Part shown: positions 8,582 through 16,943 of the stretch, piece after piece
Position numbering within the stretch: position 1 is the first letter of the stretch
How the letters are laid out: each line of letters begins with the position of its first letter
NCBI GenBank assembly: GCA_037446215.1
Contig: JBBIJB010000031.1
Span: forward strand, 1 to 23,175
Length of the DNA: 23,175 bases
Reading direction: 5' to 3'
Origin: Armatimonadota bacterium
GTDB lineage: Bacteria > Sysuimicrobiota > Sysuimicrobiia > Sysuimicrobiales > Humicultoraceae
Translations under genes and position numbers: made by a program
The notes under the pieces: model-generated
Databases searched by the model: none
Seen by the model: only the letters and a program-made list of their open reading frames with translations
What the model was told of the DNA's origin: nothing

Positions 8582-11308
8582 CTACCGCGCCCGCTCCAAC
8601 GCTTCCCGCAGCCTCTGGAGATCGGCCTCCAGCGCCCGCAGCTCCTCGAGAATCCGGCCCTGTCTCGCCTGCAGCGCCTTCAACAGTCCCATGGGGTCGC
8701 CGGGGCGCTGTGCGGTTGCGGCGGGCCCCGAAACCGGGGCGCCCGGGGCGGGGCGGTCGGCGCCGGGCCCTGCCGCCGCGGGCTCGGCGAACAGCGCCTT
8801 GAGCGCGGCATCCACTGTGGCCCCCATCACCACACGGTTCCCGCTCGCCAGGACCACTCGCTTCATCTCGGGCAGGCGCCCCTGCTCGGCCTGAAGGTAG
8901 ATCGGCTCGACGTACAGGTTCGACTCGCCGATGGGAATGACGATCATGTTGCCGCGGATGACGCGGTTCCCGCCCTGGCTCCACAGCGTGAACTGCTGGG
9001 AGATCTCGGGGTCCTGGTTGAGGCGGGCCTCGATCTGCATCGGGCCGAAGACCAGTTTGTCCTTGGGGTACCGGAATGCCTGAAGCTTGCCGTAGTGCTC
9101 GCCGTCGGATCGGGCCGCGAGCCAGGTTATCATGTTCTGCTTGCCCGGCGGCGTGTAGGGAAGGATCAGCACGAACTCCTCCCGCTGGGAGCCCGGCAGG
9201 CGCATGATGACGTAGTACGGGGCCATCTGGCGCGCCCGGTCGATGTAGATCTCCTCGGGCAGGATCCAGACGTCTTCCTTGTTGTAGAAGACGCGCGGGT
9301 CCTGCATGTGGAAGGTCCGGTACATCTCCGCCTGAACTGAGAACAGGTCCTGCGGGTAGCGCAGGTGGGACCGCAGCGTCGCCGGCAGTTCGGAGAGGGG
9401 GCGTAGTAGGCCCGGGAAGATCTTGCCGAACGTGCTGATGATGGGATCCCCGGGCTCCGCGACGTAGAGGGTGACTGTACCATCGTAGGCGTCCACGACG
9501 GCCTTAACGCTGTTCCGGAGGTAGTTGAACCCGCTCCGGTGCGGCTGTGCGTAGGGATAGCGGCTGGTGTGGGTGTAGGCATCGAGAATCCAATAGAGGC
9601 GGCCGTCCGCCACCACGACGTAGGGGTCGCCATCCAGGCGCAGGAACGGGGCCACTCGCTCCACCCGCTCCTTGACGTTCCGGTGGAAGAGGATAACGCT
9701 CTGCGGTGTGATCGCATCCGAGAGCAGGATGTTCAGATCACGCATCCGCCAGGCGAACAGCAGCCGCCGGGGCAGCGAGCCGATGCCAACCCCCGTGCGG
9801 CCCTCATAGGTGGCGTAGACGTTCTCCTCTCCCCGCGGGTAGCTGAACTCGGGGAAGCGGGTCCGGACGATGACGTAGTCCGCGGACCTCTCGCTGAAGT
9901 AGAGCTCCGGCCTGTCGATCCGGATCTTGCCCCGCGGGGGAACATCCTGAACGAACAGGGTCGGCAGCCCCTCGGGCGTCACCTCGTTGACGGCGCTGGT
10001 GGCCACGCCGTAGCCGTGGGTGAACTGGAGGCGCCGGTTGACCCAGGTCTGCGCCTGGGATGGCAGCCTCTCCGGGGCCAGTTCGCGGGCGGCCAGCATG
10101 ACCTGCCGGTACTGCCCGTCGATAGTGTAGCGGTCCACGTCGATGCCAACGAAGTCGTAGTACAGACGGATGCTCTGGATCTGGTTGTAGGTGGTGAGCA
10201 GCGGCTCGGGGTCCCAGAGCCGGATGTTGCCGAGGGTGCCCGGGCTCTGAGCGATCCCCCTTGGCGTCACCATCTCCTCACCGGCGATGGGCGTTTCCTG
10301 GATGCGGTCCAGGGAATACGCCTGGCGCGTCATTCGAATCGTGCGCTCGATGAAGGGGGTCTCCCGCTCCAGCTCCTGCGGCTGCACGATGAATCTCTGG
10401 ACCGCCGCCGGGTATACGCTGCCCGCCACGAACGCCGCCAGGATCCACATCACGACAGCGGCGACGGGCAGCCGGAAGCCCGTCTGCGGGATGGCTGCGA
10501 GCAGCAGCAGGGCCGATGCGGCGGCAACGACCACCAGGATCCAGAGAATAGGCAGGCGGGCGTACACATCCGCGTAGCCCGCGCCGAAGGCAGCCCCGTG
10601 CGGCGAGTAGACCAGGTCGAAGATGCTGAGTCGGTATCCCAGTGCAAGCAACGCGAAGAACAGCGCGCCGAGCCCGAGCAGGTGGGCGCGCATGGGGCGG
10701 GAGACGATCAGGCGGATCTGGTCCCGCGACAGTGTCTCCATGCCCTCCCCAAGGCTGGAGGGCAGCTGCGGAGCCACGATCCTGAAGCCGTAGACCGTTA
10801 CGGCGGCCACCAACCCCAGGGTAACCACCGTGATGAGCCAGCTCTGCATGAGCCGATAGACCGGGAGGGAGAAGACGAAGAAGCTGATGTCGCGGTTGAA
10901 GATCGGATCAGCGGCCCCAAACGTGGTGGGCCGCAGGAACTGCAGGATCTCGCTCCATCCCGCGGCCAGGCTGCCGGCCGCCATCAGCGAGAAGAGGATG
11001 CCCCCTCCCAACACCGCGGTCCTGAACGACGGCTCCATGGCACGGGTCGCCGCGTTGCCCGGGAACTCCATGTGGCCGAGGGCCTGACTGCCAAGGCGCT
11101 GAGCAAGAAGGGCGCTGCCGAGGATGAGACCGAGGGACACCGCGCCGCCCGCGATGAAGAGGACGCCCTGTGCCACCAGGCGGAGGCGATAGACGCCCAG
11201 ATAGCCGAGGTCGGCAAACCACAGCCATCCGGTGGCAAGGTCGAGTATCCTTGGCCCAAGCCAGAAAAGGAACAGGAAGACCAGGATGAGCGTGACTCGT
11301 CGATTCAT
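8582..11308 (-). CDS. UPF0182 family membrane protein
   Basis: 908 aa; N-terminal TM region; motifs 'DPIFNRDISFFVFSLP', 'NIRLWD', 'YDF..IDVDRY', 'FTHGYG', 'NYLRNSVK.VVDAYDG', 'LYVEPIYLQ'; GGAGG RBS. Confidence 0.95.
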   Translation of the reverse strand: MNRRVTLILVFLFLFWLGPRILDLATGWLWFADLGYLGVYRLRLVAQGVLFIAGGAVSLGLILGSALLAQRLGSQALGHMEFPGNAATRAMEPSFRTAVLGGGILFSLMAAGSLAAGWSEILQFLRPTTFGAADPIFNRDISFFVFSLPVYRLMQSWLITVVTLGLVAAVTVYGFRIVAPQLPSSLGEGMETLSRDQIRLIVSRPMRAHLLGLGALFFALLALGYRLSIFDLVYSPHGAAFGAGYADVYARLPILWILVVVAAASALLLLAAIPQTGFRLPVAAVVMWILAAFVAGSVYPAAVQRFIVQPQELERETPFIERTIRMTRQAYSLDRIQETPIAGEEMVTPRGIAQSPGTLGNIRLWDPEPLLTTYNQIQSIRLYYDFVGIDVDRYTIDGQYRQVMLAARELAPERLPSQAQTWVNRRLQFTHGYGVATSAVNEVTPEGLPTLFVQDVPPRGKIRIDRPELYFSERSADYVIVRTRFPEFSYPRGEENVYATYEGRTGVGIGSLPRRLLFAWRMRDLNILLSDAITPQSVILFHRNVKERVERVAPFLRLDGDPYVVVADGRLYWILDAYTHTSRYPYAQPHRSGFNYLRNSVKAVVDAYDGTVTLYVAEPGDPIISTFGKIFPGLLRPLSELPATLRSHLRYPQDLFSVQAEMYRTFHMQDPRVFYNKEDVWILPEEIYIDRARQMAPYYVIMRLPGSQREEFVLILPYTPPGKQNMITWLAARSDGEHYGKLQAFRYPKDKLVFGPMQIEARLNQDPEISQQFTLWSQGGNRVIRGNMIVIPIGESNLYVEPIYLQAEQGRLPEMKRVVLASGNRVVMGATVDAALKALFAEPAAAGPGADRPAPGAPVSGPAATAQRPGDPMGLLKALQARQGRILEELRALEADLQRLREALERAR

Positions 11309-11367
11309 GAATCCTCCACGACACGTTGAATCGGGCGGGTGTTTGCTTCAGATCGAGTCCCGATGGC

Positions 11368-11395
11368 ATTATACATGAGCCGTGAGTGAAGTCGA
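11368..11395 (-). promoter_or_regulatory. Sigma70-type promoter of the UPF0182 gene
   Basis: TCGACT (11395-11390), 16 bp, perfect TATAAT (11373-11368), conspicuous in GC-rich DNA. Confidence 0.6.
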
Positions 11396-11404
11396 GATCT
11401 CACG

Positions 11405-13534
11405 TCAGCCGGCGCGGGGCCTGCTCCCGGGCCCCAGCAGACGTCCCGAGTTGAGGAGGATCAGGAGGTCGGGAATCACCTGCGCCGCTGCCGCGAATAT
11501 CGGCGGCAGGAGGCCGGCGGCGGCGAGCGATGCCCCCACCACGTTGTAGGCCACGGTGCCGTACAGGTTCTGGCGGATGACGCCGAACGCTTCCCGGCCC
11601 ATGCGGAACGCCTCGGGAACCAGGTGCCAGTCGTTCTCCATTATCGCCACATCCGCGGCCTCCAGCGCCGCTGAGGTGGCCGCGCCCATCGCGATCCCAA
11701 CGTCGGCCTGGGCGAGAGCGGGCGCGTCGTTGATCCCGTCTCCCACCATCGCGACCGTGCGGCCCTCGGCCTGCAGCCTGCGAACCTCCCCGATCTTGTC
11801 CCCGGGCAGCATCTGGGCGCGGAAGGCGACACCCAGCGGCCGCGCGATGCCTTCGGCCGCGCGCTCCGAGTCCCCGGTGAGCACGGTCACGTCGCCTAGA
11901 CCCATCGTGCGGAGCGTGGCCAGTGCCCCCGGCACCTCGGGCCTGGGCGCGTCCGCGACCGTGATCGCGCCAAGTATCGCGCCGTCGTTCGCCACGTAGA
12001 CGACGGTCTGCTCGAGCGGCCCGGCTTCACCGGTCCCCGCCTCGAGGTCTGCCCCGACCGCGAGCCCGCGCCCCTCCAGGAAGCGCCGGCTGCCGACCGT
12101 GATCGCGCCGGAGGGATCTCGGAGCACGACTCCCTGCCCCGGGGTGATCTCTACATCCGCGGCCAGGGAAGGAGGATCCGCGTCGTGACCGTGGTGTGCG
12201 CCTGCCCGCGACGCCGCCACGATCGCGGCCGCGACCGGGTGCTCGGAGTAGCGCTCGGCCCGCGCGGCGAGCCTGAGCACCTCTTCTCGGGCGATCCCCT
12301 GCGCGGGATAGACCCCTGTCACCAGGGGCCTGCCCAGGGTCACGGTCCCGGTCTTGTCGAGCAGCACGACGTCGGCTCTCGCCAGGGCCTCGAGCGCGCG
12401 CCCGCCCTTGATCAGCACGCCGGCCCTGGCAGCGCGGCCCACCGCCGCGATCACCGCGACGGGGGTGGCCAGGGCGATGCCGCAGGAGCAGGAGACCACC
12501 AGGACCGCGACGGCAGCCTGCGGTGAGCCACCTACTAGCCACGTGGCGGCGGCCAGCGTCGTGACCACGGGGGCGTAGTACGCCGTCACGCGGTCCGCCA
12601 GGCGCTGGGCGCCGCTCTTCTCGGCCTCGGCCTCCTCGACCAGGCGCACGATCCTCCCGTAGGTCGAGTCGGACCCGACGTGCTCGGCCCTGACCAGGAG
12701 CACGCCGTCGAGGTTCACCGTCGCCGCGAGGAGCCGCTGACCCTCCCTCCGCTCGACCGGCACCGACTCCCCGGTGATCGGGGCCTGGTTCATCGAGGCG
12801 CGGCCGGAGACGACGACGCCGTCGGCGGGAACCCGCTCGCCGGGCTTCACCATGAAGAGATCGCCGGGCGCGAGCCGCTCAGCGGGGACCTCCTCCTCGA
12901 GGCCTTCCCGTACGATCCGCGCTATAGGCGGCTGCAGCGCGACCAGCTCCCGTATCGCCTGCCGTGCGCGACCCGAGGTGTAGGCGTCGAGGAAGTCGGC
13001 GAAGCGCATGAAGAAGACGATGACCGCCGCCGCCCCGTACTCGGATATCGCGAGCGCGCCCGCAACGCCCAGCATCATCAGCGCGTGCGGAGTGATGGTG
13101 CCGGCCCGCAGCGCGAGCAGCGCCCTGCGGAAGACCGGGAACCCTCCCACGAGGACCGCGGCGGTCGCCAGGGGTGGAGGAACGAGGCCCGCCGCGGCGT
13201 CGAGTAGACCCAGCCGCTCCGCCGCAAGCCCTCCCAGCACGGCAGCGGCCACGAGCGCAACGAACGCGCCGGTGACGATCTCGGAGCCCGGCGTGGCCGT
13301 GCGGGCGGCCCGCTGCGCGCGGACATCGTATCCGAGGTCCATCACTGCCCGAACGATCCTGCTGGGAGAGACCTTGGCCGGGTCGTAGAACACGCTCGCC
13401 CTCTCGGTCCCGAACGAGACACCGGCGTGCTCGACTCCCGGGACCTTCCCGAGCGCTCGACTGATCGTGAGCGCGCAGTCGGCGCAGTCCATGCCCGAGA
13501 TCGTGAGTTCGACTCGCCCACTGGCGCCGGTCAT
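11405..13534 (-). CDS. Heavy-metal-translocating P1B-type ATPase with N-terminal HMA domain and CSC transmembrane motif
   Basis: GMDCADC metal-binding domain, TGES, DKTGT, SEHP, TGD, GDGINDAP; 'VVSCSCGIALATP' replaces CPC. Start reassigned to ATG 13534, after the fabF stop. Confidence 0.93.
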   Translation of the reverse strand: MTGASGRVELTISGMDCADCALTISRALGKVPGVEHAGVSFGTERASVFYDPAKVSPSRIVRAVMDLGYDVRAQRAARTATPGSEIVTGAFVALVAAAVLGGLAAERLGLLDAAAGLVPPPLATAAVLVGGFPVFRRALLALRAGTITPHALMMLGVAGALAISEYGAAAVIVFFMRFADFLDAYTSGRARQAIRELVALQPPIARIVREGLEEEVPAERLAPGDLFMVKPGERVPADGVVVSGRASMNQAPITGESVPVERREGQRLLAATVNLDGVLLVRAEHVGSDSTYGRIVRLVEEAEAEKSGAQRLADRVTAYYAPVVTTLAAATWLVGGSPQAAVAVLVVSCSCGIALATPVAVIAAVGRAARAGVLIKGGRALEALARADVVLLDKTGTVTLGRPLVTGVYPAQGIAREEVLRLAARAERYSEHPVAAAIVAASRAGAHHGHDADPPSLAADVEITPGQGVVLRDPSGAITVGSRRFLEGRGLAVGADLEAGTGEAGPLEQTVVYVANDGAILGAITVADAPRPEVPGALATLRTMGLGDVTVLTGDSERAAEGIARPLGVAFRAQMLPGDKIGEVRRLQAEGRTVAMVGDGINDAPALAQADVGIAMGAATSAALEAADVAIMENDWHLVPEAFRMGREAFGVIRQNLYGTVAYNVVGASLAAAGLLPPIFAAAAQVIPDLLILLNSGRLLGPGSRPRAG

Positions 13535-13559
13535 CTGGAAACCCTGTCTTGTATGGGGG

Positions 13560-14813
13560 TCAGGGGCGGGAGAAGACCGCCACGATGTTCTGGCCTCCGA
13601 AGCCAAACCCGTTCGCGATCGCCGCCCTGACGTCCGAGTGCCGCGCAACGTTGGGCACGCAGTCGACGTCGCACTCGGGATCCTGTCTCTCCAGGTTGAT
13701 CGTCGGGGGAATCACGCCCTCGCTGATCGCCATTACCGCCGAGAGTGCGCTGACCGCGCCGGCCGCGCCCATCAGGTGCCCGACCATCGACTTGGGCGAG
13801 CTCACCGCCACGCGATCTGCCTCCGGCCCAAACGCCTGCCGGATCGCCCGCGCCTCGGCGACGTCGCCTATCGGCGTGGCGGTGGCATGCGCGCAGATGT
13901 AGTCGATGTCCGCCGGGGTGAGCCCGGCCCGGGCGAGCGCCCGGCTGATCGCCCTGGCAGCACCCCTGCCCTCGGGATCGGGCGCGGTGATGTGGTAACC
14001 GTCCCCGGTGATCGCTCCCCCGAGCGCCGCCGCGTAGATGCGCGCGCCCCTGGCCTCCGCGTGGGCCCGCCGCTCCAGCACGAACGCCGCCGATCCCTCG
14101 CCGAAGACGAAGCCGTCGCGGTCGGCGTCGAAGGGCCGGCTCGCCCGCTCGGGCTCGTCGTTGCGGCGCGACAGCGCCCGCATGTTGGCCATCCCGGCCA
14201 GCGCAAGGGGCGTGATCGCCGACTCGGTCCCTCCGGCAACCACCGCGTCCGCCTCTCCTTCGCGTATCAGCCTCACAGCATCCACGAGGGCCAGCACGCC
14301 GGCGGCGCATGCCGCCGTGGAGGTGATGACCGGTCCCCGCAGGCCGTGCGATATCGAGACCTGGCATGCCCCTATGTTGGGCATCATCATGGGCACGAAC
14401 AGCGGGCTCACGCGGCGTGGGCCGCGCTCGCCCATCAGCGTGGTCTCGCGCTCCACCAGGCCCACCCCGCCCCCCCCGGTGTTCATAACGACACCGATCC
14501 GCTCGCGGTTCGACTCGTCCATCTCGAGTCCGGAGTCGGCGAGGGCCTGGGAGGCGGCCGCGGCCGCGAACTGGGTGAACCGCTCCAGCCGACCCGCCAT
14601 CTTGGGGTCGATGTAGGGCGTGGGGTCGAAGTCGCGAACCTCGGCCGCGATCTGGACGGAGAGCAGGGAGGCGTCGAACTGCGTGATCCGGCCGACGCCG
14701 GACCTCCCGGCGCACAGCGACTGCCAGGTCTCCGCGGCGGAGAGGCCGACCGGTGTAACTGCTCCCAGGCCGGTCACCACGATGTCCGGGGCTGAGGGCG
14801 CCACGAGTGTCAT
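13560..14813 (-). CDS. fabF: Beta-ketoacyl-ACP synthase II
   Basis: 'VVTGLGAVTPVG', catalytic Cys in TAACAAG, 'SRPFDADRDGFVFGEG', His in AHATATPIGD and GHLMGAAG, C-terminal NGFGFGGQN. Confidence 0.93.
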   Translation of the reverse strand: MTLVAPSAPDIVVTGLGAVTPVGLSAAETWQSLCAGRSGVGRITQFDASLLSVQIAAEVRDFDPTPYIDPKMAGRLERFTQFAAAAASQALADSGLEMDESNRERIGVVMNTGGGGVGLVERETTLMGERGPRRVSPLFVPMMMPNIGACQVSISHGLRGPVITSTAACAAGVLALVDAVRLIREGEADAVVAGGTESAITPLALAGMANMRALSRRNDEPERASRPFDADRDGFVFGEGSAAFVLERRAHAEARGARIYAAALGGAITGDGYHITAPDPEGRGAARAISRALARAGLTPADIDYICAHATATPIGDVAEARAIRQAFGPEADRVAVSSPKSMVGHLMGAAGAVSALSAVMAISEGVIPPTINLERQDPECDVDCVPNVARHSDVRAAIANGFGFGGQNIVAVFSRP

Positions 14814-14832
14814 GGTATCAGAGTTGCGGGCG

Positions 14833-15531
14833 TCAAGGTAGCGGAGGCTCGGTCAGCCCGACCTCGCCGGCGGCCGAGGCCACTGCCTCGGCGAGGACTT
14901 GCTCGGGTACCGCGCCCGTCACCTCATGCCGCTCGTTGATCACCGTCTTCGGTACCGCGTAGACGCCGTAGCGCCGTGCAACGTCGGGAAACTCGCTCGC
15001 CCCGACGATGTCGGCCCTCACGCGGGCCGAGGCGATCGCCATGTCGGCGGCCAGCCTGGCCGCCCGCGGGCAGTGGGGTCAGGTGGGTGTGACGAACACC
15101 TGGATGTGGGCGTCCGCGGCGAGCCCGCGCAGCGTGTTCACCGTCTCCTCGGAGAGAGGCGCCCTTCCCTTCGAGGCATCGACCACGAGATCGAGCAGCG
15201 TCACGAACTCGTAGCCCGCGGGTATCCCGTAGAGGCGGATGCCGTAGTCCTCGGCGCCGACGATCGCCGTTGCGGGCGCCCGCTGGATCCCAAACGCCTC
15301 GGCGACCTCGCCCTCCGAGGCCAGGCTGTGCTCCTCCAATGTCACGCGGTCACTGAGGGCTACGACCTCCTCGAGGATCCGGCGGGCGTACTCGGAGAGC
15401 GCCGCGTCCTCGCCGGGCAGGCTCAGCCCTCCCGCGGCAGGCGCGAAGAAGACCAGCCTCACCGGGCCTTCCATCTCGGCCTCCAGCCGCTTCCTGACGA
15501 ACGCGGCGTCCTGCTCATTCAAGTAAGCCAT
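14833..15531 (-). CDS. Protein disulfide oxidoreductase (PDO / AhpF N-terminal-like, two thioredoxin folds); probable selenoprotein with UxxC (232 aa)
   Basis: ORFs 15079..15576 and 14833..15042 are in one frame separated only by TGA 15081-15079, reading VFVTPT-U-PHCPRAARLA. PDO motifs 'GIPAGYEF' and 'YGVYAVPKTVIN'; ATG 15531 with GAGGTGG RBS. Confidence 0.9.
15046..15064 (-). promoter_or_regulatory. Candidate bacterial SECIS element
   Basis: GGCGGCCA-GGC-TGGCCGCC, a perfect 8-bp stem whose G-initiated loop lies 23-25 nt after the UGA. Confidence 0.65.
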
Positions 15532-15561
15532 CGCCCACCTCGCTCTACCCCGCACGTTCAG

Positions 15562-15587
15562 AACGTCCGGCCTCACCAGGCTATTCC
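15562..15587 (-). promoter_or_regulatory. ECF (SigR/SigH-like) promoter GGAAT-N18-GTT upstream of the oxidoreductase
   Basis: Minus strand GGAAT AGCCTGGTGAGGCCGGAC GTT, ending 30 nt before the ATG. Confidence 0.6.
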
Positions 15588-15770
15588 GCGGCTGCCGGCA
15601 GGGGATAGCGTCGGCTCAGGGGAAGTAACCACCGTGCTACACGCCTCGACAGCTCGCCCTCCCGGCCGCGGCCAACGACCGGGAGGAGACTAGCGATGGG
15701 CGGCGGGTGCAAGACGACCGCCGCCCTTTCTCATCCCGCCCAGCCGTAACCGACGCACAGGGAGGGCCTG

Positions 15771-16943
15771 ATGAGCACCTGCGTTGCGATCGTAGGGGTC
15801 GGGTGGACAGGCTTCAGGCCGGTAACGCCCGAGGCTTCCTACAAGGAGCTGATGTACGAGGCGGCACGACGCGCCTACGCCGACGCCGGCGTTGATCCGC
15901 GCAAGGACGTGGACACCTTCGTGACCGTCTCCGAGGACTTCCACGAAGGCACCAGCATCTTCGACGAGTACGTGCCCGACCAGCTAGGAGGAGCGCAGAG
16001 GCCCGTGCACACGATCTCGGGCGACGGCCTGCACGGGCTGGCCGCGGCCGCGATGCAGATCCTCACCGGCAGGTTTCGCATAGCCGTCGTCGAGGGACAC
16101 AGCAAGGCCAGCAACATCCTCACCCTTCCCAGCATCACGGCCTACGCTCTGGACCCTGTCGTCAACAGGCCGCTCGGATTCCACCCGGTGGCGGTGGCGG
16201 CGCTCGAGGCCGACGCGTACATGCGCCGCACCGGTGCGACCAGAGAGCAGTGCGCGGCGGTGGTAACGAAGAACAGGCGCAACGCGCTCCGCAACCCGTC
16301 CTCCGCCTACGGTGCAGAGCTGCGGGCCGAGGAGGTGATGGCCTCCGAGGTGGTGGCTTCGCCGCTCTCGCGCCTGGAGATCAGCGACCATGCCGACGGT
16401 GCCATAGCGATGGTCCTGGCAGACGCGAAGAGCGCGCTGCGACTGTCCCGGCGGCCGATCTGGATCCGCGGGATCGGTTGGGCGAACGACAGCCCCTCCC
16501 TCGAGAGCCGCCAGTGGGCCCGGGCCGCCTACGCGGAACGCGCAGCGGCCAGGGCCTACAGGATGGCCGGGATGGCCGACCCGCGCAGGGAGATCCAGTT
16601 CGCCGAGGTGGACGACACCTTCGCCTTCAAGGAGCTCCAGCACCTCGAGGCCCTCGGCTTGTGCGACAGCGGAGCGGCGGGGGCCCTCACGGCCTCGGGA
16701 GAGACCGCGTTCGGCGGCAGGCTCCCGGTCAACGTCTCCGGAGGGAGCCTCGGCGTGGGAGACCTCCTCGAGGCGGGCGGCCTCGCCAGGGCCCTGGAAG
16801 TCGTCCTGCAGTTGCGCGGCGAGGCTGGCTCCCGCCAGCTCGAGGGGGTCTCCGTGGGGGTTGCGCAGTCCTGGCGCGGTCTGCCCACGACCAGCGGCGC
16901 CGTGGCGGTATTCAGCAGCGAGGCGGGCAGGAGGGAATCATGA
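15771..16943 (+). CDS. Thiolase-domain protein, non-canonical (SCP-x/Ltp-like) subunit 1
   Basis: 'VAIVGVGWT', 'DGAIAMVLA', 'AEVDDTFAFKEL', 'LPVNVSGG'. The usual nucleophile Cys loop reads ISGDGLHG and the GHP motif reads GDL. Confidence 0.85.
   Translation: MSTCVAIVGVGWTGFRPVTPEASYKELMYEAARRAYADAGVDPRKDVDTFVTVSEDFHEGTSIFDEYVPDQLGGAQRPVHTISGDGLHGLAAAAMQILTGRFRIAVVEGHSKASNILTLPSITAYALDPVVNRPLGFHPVAVAALEADAYMRRTGATREQCAAVVTKNRRNALRNPSSAYGAELRAEEVMASEVVASPLSRLEISDHADGAIAMVLADAKSALRLSRRPIWIRGIGWANDSPSLESRQWARAAYAERAAARAYRMAGMADPRREIQFAEVDDTFAFKELQHLEALGLCDSGAAGALTASGETAFGGRLPVNVSGGSLGVGDLLEAGGLARALEVVLQLRGEAGSRQLEGVSVGVAQSWRGLPTTSGAVAVFSSEAGRRES

Noticed and set aside
9539..11329. 596-aa plus-strand ORF
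   Set aside because: Antisense to the well-supported UPF0182 gene and has no recognisable domain.
13467..14795. 442-aa plus-strand ORF and the 394-aa alternative minus-strand frame
   Set aside because: Both overlap fabF and have Arg/Gly/Pro-rich off-frame composition.
14833..15576. Two separate ORFs or a nonsense pseudogene
   Set aside because: The TGA falls exactly at the catalytic Cys position, both halves look intact and a SECIS-like stem follows, so Sec recoding fits better.
16250..16939. N-terminal extension making the second thiolase 622 aa
   Set aside because: Off-frame overlap with the first thiolase; the real start is ATG 16940 with RBS and ATGA coupling.
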